Shown here: in pieces, positions 57,463-64,000 of the stretch
Numbering within the stretch: position 1 is the first letter of the stretch
Layout of the letters: every line of letters starts with the position of its first letter
NCBI RefSeq assembly: GCF_009914755.1
Contig: NC_060937.1
Length of the DNA stretch: 64,000 nucleotides
Reading direction: 5' to 3' (one strand)
DNA from: the human T2T-CHM13v2.0 reference genome, Homo sapiens
Program-made: the position numbers and the translations under genes
Notes under the pieces: generated by a model
Databases searched by the model: none
Told to the model about the DNA's origin: nothing
The model's input: only the letters and a program-made list of their open reading frames with translations

Positions 57463-59489
57463 CTAGATTCAGCCTGGGACCCATATCATTGAGTTCCCAA
57501 ATATTGACGTAAGCAGCTTCTGGGAAAGGGTCTTTTCTGTTTTCCTTTTCGTTTTTTGTTTTAGGTGGAGGAGGAGTGGAGAGAATTTAGGAATTCTTAG
57601 TTTCCTATATACTTTGATGAGACAAAATGAAAAATGGCCTACCTACTTGGTTTACTTTGTTTATGTGGACCAGACACAACTGATTCAATTGTTCCCACAA
57701 TTCTGGTGGCAATTTTGATGGCCAGGAATGTGGATATAAAAGCAGGGCCCATCTGGAATACTGGGGAATTTAGAGGTTTTGGAAAACAGGGCTTGAGGTG
57801 AGCCATATTGGGTTGGGTCTGGGTGGGAGCTTCTCATGAAATAAATAGTGCCCTCTTGCCTCGTCTGTCTGTGTTTGTTGCTTTCTGTGTAGTTGGGGAC
57901 TTCTCCCATGAGAGGAGAGTGAAAAGACCTGGCTTCTTATTAACGGTCCTTTAGTCATTATATTTAATCACCCTGATCCTTGCAACAACTCCCATTAAGG
58001 CTTTACTGCTAGATTATTAATGAGGAAGAGTACATCTGTACGAGTAATTGTGGTTAAGGGAGGTTTACAATATCATGACTGTAATAAACAGTAGATATGA
58101 GAATGAATGATTACATTGAAGTCATTAACTTATGAAATGTTTGGGACCTCTACAGTGAAGTCAATGTCTGTACAGTCACTGATCATAAGCTGATGTGTTG
58201 TAGTAGTTTATAACATAGCAGCAAGTAGTCTAAGCGGCCCATTGAGTAGAATAAATGCAAACATGTGGACAAAACGACACCACATGTTTATTAATATGGA
58301 AATTATGTTTTAAAATAACAGCATGGCGTAAGTCTATACGTTTTCAATAACTATTACTAAGTCTTGACTTTTGAAACAACTCTGGCTTCATTTTTTAAGT
58401 GGGCATAGATACGAATTGAGCATAATGTTGCCCATGTGGATTACACTTTTTCAAATTGTCTAATATTTTTAAATAGTGTCAGTATAAGTTTATGTGTTAT
58501 AACATTCCTAAGCATTCCCTGGGCTGTACTATAATTTTCACATTATTATCTCATACTTTGGTTTTAATAGGATTTGGTAAAAGTTTTGAAGTTTTAATTT
58601 CAGTTTTTCCCACCGCTTGGAATTTGATGATATAAAATGAAAAGAGGTTTCCATCGTTGCTAACATTTACCGGATTTTGTTCCAAAGCATGGACTTTAGT
58701 AGACTTTTGAATTAAATCCACATTCTCCACCCAAGCCTAGTGATATAATCCAACAGTTCAAAGATAGGTATGCCATAAACAGCTATAGTTAAATAATCTA
58801 AAAAAAAATTAAAACATGGAAACACAATAAAACAAGAATTGATCACTTTATAGTGGAATACTCTATAAACCGTCTGCATTAGAAACATGTGGTGAGTTTT
58901 AAAACATCTGAGTTCTATAATTCTAGAGTGTATAGTTTATTTGAAGGCAGACACTCCTTCCCCTACCCCTTCCCTTCATCCGCACATCTATATAAGAATA
59001 CAGGTTAATATTTTTTGCTATCCAAATTTGCATTCATTTACTTATTTTTTATTTAGAGAAATGATTTTGGAGTAGAAATACATAACATAAGTATTTTCAC
59101 CTCAACTAAATATTGTATCACTAAGTACTGAAGTGTGATCCTAAAGAGATTATTTCTGTAGATCTTGCTACTCCGTCTAAAACAAAAATCACACATTGGC
59201 ATAATCCCCAATAAGAGGAAGAAATTATTTAAAAGCATATGTATGATTTAGATGAGTAACACAGTCTTTATAACTTTTCATGATAATTTTAATTTTTAAG
59301 GGATCTAAACTGATCTGTGTGGCATAATTGGTGTAATTGCAGGAGCTAAAATGTACCGGTGATTTTGCAATGTCATGTTTGCACAATCTCATTTAACTTG
59401 TTGACTGAAGTTATATAACCCTCCTGTGTATGAGACAATTGGAATTGGACTCAGCCATCACAAAAAATGCTGGCTGTAGATTATACTGT

Positions 59490-59787
59490 TTTTCTTTTGT
59501 TTGTTTTTGATTTTTAGAGACAGGGTCTCACTCTGTTGCCCAAGCTATAGTGCAGTGTCACAATCACGGCTCACTGCAGCCTCGACTCAAGTGACCTTCC
59601 TGCCTCAGCCTCCTGTGTAGCTTGGACTACAGGTGTGCACCACCATGCCCAGCTAATTTTTTGTTTTGTAGAGATGGGGGTCTCACTATGTTTTCCAGGC
59701 TGGTCTTGAACCCCTGGCCTCAAGTGATATTTCTGCTTGGGCCTTCCAAAGTGCTGGGGTTACAGGAATAAGCTGCTGTGCCTGGCC
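59490..59787 (-). mobile_element. AluJ-like
   Basis: Antisense Alu. TSD ATACTGTTT. Confidence 0.92.
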
Positions 59788-60149
59788 AATGATACTGTTT
59801 GAAATTGAATAATTGGCTTTATTTTCTGAGTTATGTGTGTGCGTGAACGATGCTCTAATAGCCTGCTAGGGAAATAGGGCAGTGTTAACTGGCAGTGAAA
59901 AGGTCAGTTCAATTTCTTAGCATATTTACTTTTTTAAAAGGGGGGTTTTCGTATTCTTTAAAAAAGTATAAAATGAGAATCTTTTCTTAAGCACTGAAAA
60001 CAATTTCATGTTTCATTCTTAGATAGTGATACCTCTACCACTGCGGAATTTTGTTCACGATTGCTATTTTCCTGCCCTCTCCACTCATTCCTCCTGCAGA
60101 TAAATAGAATTATTCAAAAATTGCATTTTGAAATAGACACATAGGACTC

Positions 60150-60448
60150 TTTTTTTTTTTTTTTTGAGACGGAGTCTCTCTCTGTCGCCCAGGCTGGAGT
60201 GCAGTGGCATGGTCTTGGCTCACTGCAAGCTCCGCCCTCCCGGGTTCACGCCATTCTCCTGCCTCAGCCTCCCGAGTAGCTGGGACTACAGGCGCCCACC
60301 ACCTCGCCTGGCTAATATTTTTGTATTTTTAGTAGAGATGGGGTTTCACCGTGTTAGCCAGGATGGTCTCGATCTCCTGACCTCGTGATCCGCCCGCCTC
60401 GGCCTCCCAAAGTGCTGGGATTACAGGCGTGAGCCACTGCGCCCGGCC
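60150..60448 (-). mobile_element. AluY-like
   Basis: Full antisense Alu. Imperfect TSD CACATAGGACTCT / CACGTAAGACTCT. Confidence 0.96.
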
Positions 60449-62355
60449 CCCACGTAAGACTCTTTTTACTATGCTTAGTGAAAAGTGAAAAGTGGAAGGG
60501 CCTGGTCCCAAGAGGGTGGTGGCTGTGCTAGGGCTCCTGGAAACTTCTTGCTCTGGTGGCTTCATTACATAATAACAAGATCCTGTGGCACAGACCAGGC
60601 GCAAATTGCTTCACATCTGGGCCTTGCTGTCCCATGTATTTTAACTGGAAAAGCTGCATTTGCTGTTTTCTAAGGTTTATTCAGGTTCTAAGATGTTAAG
60701 ATGTTAATGTGATATTAACAACACTGTTGTTGACTGGGAGCTTCCTCGGTGTTCAGCACTGCTCTCTGATTGGATCTCTGTCACAACCCTGCCTCAAGAC
60801 ACTTATTACTAACCTGTTGTAAAGATGAGGTTACTGAGACTTGGAGAGGTGAGAGAACCAGTTGTAAAGCCCTGCAGCTAGTGACGGGTGAAGCTGGGAT
60901 AGGAGCAGGCTTCTCACTCCAACGTCAGGCTTTCCCATCACATAAACTCATTATCTTCTGCTGGGACTTTTGTGTATCTGTTTCTGATCCAAGAAAAACC
61001 ATTGTGCTATGGGTGTGCTATGTATGCAGAGGAAATATAAGCTAGCACCTCACTCATGGCTCAAAAAGGAGGAGGAAGTGTTCTACATTTAAAATACAGT
61101 TTAATTCCGTAGTGTTTGTAGGTGATGTGATTTCCTGCTGGAAAAAAGAAAGCTGACTTTTAATTAGTTTTTCTTGTCCCTTGTAGAACTAAAAGCTCAT
61201 CCAATCCCATCTTTTGGTCTGTTTTATTAATGATAAAAAAATGCACATATTTGTTTAGAAATTTCACTTAATTACAGCAAACCGAAACCAGCTATTTTTA
61301 GCCAGGAATAATCTTGCCTGTGAGGAGACTATTATGCAAATGGAAGTAAGGACTAAAATAGCCATTAATGTCTTTAACACACTTAAACTTCTATCCGTTT
61401 CAATAGAGATGAGAGGGAAGTCACATTCAGCCCAATCTCCCCAGCTAAGGAGGAGGTTGGGTTGCCCCAGAAGAGCACCCCTCTAGGCCCATATGCAGAG
61501 GAGGGTGCAGGAGTGCCTCTCTCCTGTGCACCCCTCCTGTGGGGTAGAGCTGCTTCTCCCGGCCACCCTCAGGTGAGAGTATTCCAGTTTGGGGTGGGGC
61601 TTGGTTTCTGCGATTCATTCTGTCCCCATGAACACAGCACCAGAGGTCTAAAGTTTTCCCATCCTTTTTGTCTTTGCCTGATGCATTGTCTTTCCTTTCT
61701 GCTTCCCCCCATTTCAGCTCACTTAGCAAAACTTGTCCAGTGAGATAGTATTTTGCTAAAAACCTACTCAGTGCTTCCAAACACATAGAAGAGCACTTGT
61801 CAGGAAGTGCCGGCCCTCATGACCTCTTGAGTGTGGTTTAAGCCTTTGGATTAGGGAGGGGACCTAGAGAAGGTGGCCTCATGATGGGCTGTTGATTGAT
61901 TTTGTCAAATTCTGTCCCTTTCTCCTCTCCTTTGCTCTCCTGACTTACTCTGCAAGGAGTTGGGGATGATGGATTCTACCCAACTGATATCTGTGAATTC
62001 ATTTTATTAAATTGGGTCCTTAACTACATACTTGGAAAGAGAACTGTCTGTATTTTGGTGATGTATAAAGTTTACTGTCTGTCCCCTGGGTCTGAATGAC
62101 AGAAACGAATGTCCTTATCTGTATTTGCTTGTTTTCTTATTTATATAAGGCGCCAGGTAGGTAAGAGAAAAGAAACTATTTCTAACAAGTTATTTTCGTG
62201 TTTACTGTTTTAAACACTAAAGATATCGATTTTAAAAGTTTCAGTTGAACAGTGAGAAGAGCAAAAAGGCCAGTAAGTCCTGTCACCTTATTTCTCTAGG
62301 GGCCAGCTTCAATGCACACATTTTTGCCTGGGGCGTGTTCACAGCTTTGGGATGT

Positions 62356-62356
<1 letters not shown>

Positions 62357-62386
<30 letters not shown>
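62357..62386. repeat. (GT)15 microsatellite
   Basis: Direct count. Confidence 0.96.
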
Positions 62387-62392
<6 letters not shown>

Positions 62393-62704
62393 TGTTGTTA
62401 CTGCCCATGAGTTTTGCAACCCCAGGAGCCCTAGGTTGTGGGGTTCAACTGAACCCCAGCTTTCATAAAGCTCGAGTAGAGAGGAAGTGTAGTCCATCTG
62501 GGAAGATGCAGAACCTTTGTGATCTGGATCAATGCACGTTTCTTCTTGGTATCTGTGAACCTGAGAATGTAGCTTTTTTAGTTAGGGGTCTCTTCTTCTA
62601 TGTAAATTCAAGGAAAAGGCCGGAATATTTGCTTTTACGTTGGATTCAGGAAAACTCAGTCATGATAGAAGCATTATGTTTTAAAATGTAGACTGAGAGT
62701 TAGG

Positions 62705-62860
62705 ATTCTGCATTAGAATTCTCCCAGGGACCTGTTAAAAATGCATATTTTGAGAATTGCTGAATCAGAGTTTTAAAGGTTTGGGGCTCAGAAGTCTGCA
62801 TCTTGAAAAGGCATCTCAGGTGATTCTGCTATACACGGAATGAAGTTTAAAAACCACTCA
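62705..62860. mobile_element. MER5-like DNA element
   Basis: TGCATTAGAAT...TGTTAAAAATGCA...TGCTGAATCAGAG...CAGGTGATTCTG...AAGTTTAAAAACCACT. Confidence 0.65.
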
Positions 62861-63350
62861 TAGAGAGTAGTAAGTAAATGCTGCTGCTAAAAAGGGCAGA
62901 ACATATCTGACATCACTGATCATGTTGCTAATGTTGATCTCTGCAGCAGGTACTTTATAAAATATATACTGGTGTTAAAGCTGTTATATCTGAGCCTTGC
63001 CACAGGCACAGGCTCTCCCTCCCAGTGTGGTCACCACATAGCTGCTCTAGGAAAAATGGGAACAACGTATGACATTAGGTGTTCCTTGCATTTGACTCAT
63101 TCAAATGATTGGTATGTGCAAGAGTTTAACTAGAAAACGTTTAGACTCTTTAGTGTTTTAGTCATTATGAGTTAGAGATTAGAATGTAGTTAAATTTGTA
63201 GGGTTAGGCAGTTTTTGCAAAATGCATTAAAATGGTTAAAATGGGCTAAAACATCAGTGTTTTCTCATGGGGGTTATATTGTGTAGCAACGGAATGTTAC
63301 TTTTAATATTGAATGTAGCTAATTTTGCAACATATTTATTTACCTTTTTA

Positions 63351-63772
<422 letters not shown>

Positions 63773-64000
63773 CAAAGACAATTTCTTCACTTGAGCCCTT
63801 AAAAAAGTAACCACTATAAAGGTTTCACGCGGTGGGTTCTTATTGATTCGCTGTGTCATCACATCAGCTCCACTGTTGCCAAACTTTGTCGCATGCATAA
63901 TGTATGATGGAGGCTTGGATGGGAATATGCTGATTTTGTTCTGCACTTAAAGGCTTCTCCTCCTGGAGGGCTGCCTAGGGCCACTTGCTTGATTTATCAT
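63773..64000 (+). other. FGF9: Start of the FGF9 3'UTR (continues beyond the window)
   Basis: Follows the stop codon. No AATAAA before the window end. Confidence 0.9.

Noticed and set aside
57535-57600. Acceptor-like T tract followed by a purine-rich stretch in intron 2
   Set aside because: No convincing downstream donor seen, and pseudo-acceptors are frequent in long introns.

Overview
Primate (human-type) genomic DNA containing the whole coding region of FGF9 on the + strand. The three coding exons are 34253-34529, 43381-43484 and 63527-63772 (277+104+246 = 627 nt, 208 aa), with canonical GT-AG introns of about 8.9 kb and 20 kb. A CpG-island promoter (about 31.5-33.6 kb) and a second CpG island in intron 1 flank exon 1. 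The first ~31 kb is intergenic and repeat-rich (Alu, L1, L2/MIR, MaLR/ERVL LTRs, a two-LTR MaLR element nested in L1, Tigger/MER5 DNA elements). Nearly all other ORFs in the track are repeat- or GC-derived noise. I found no new multi-gene system. The best leads are: (i) a short antisense L1PA 3' end inserted into the exon 3 polypyrimidine tract, which appears to have displaced the ancestral branch point and supplied a new one; (ii) a 5'UTR with a short uORF in frame with FGF9, a hydrophobic non-AUG extension and a candidate intron removing 11 uATGs; (iii) a recursive-splice-like AG|GTATGT site in intron 2; (iv) two long unexplained palindromes upstream. Repeat family names were assigned by eye from remembered consensus sequences, and their boundaries are approximate.
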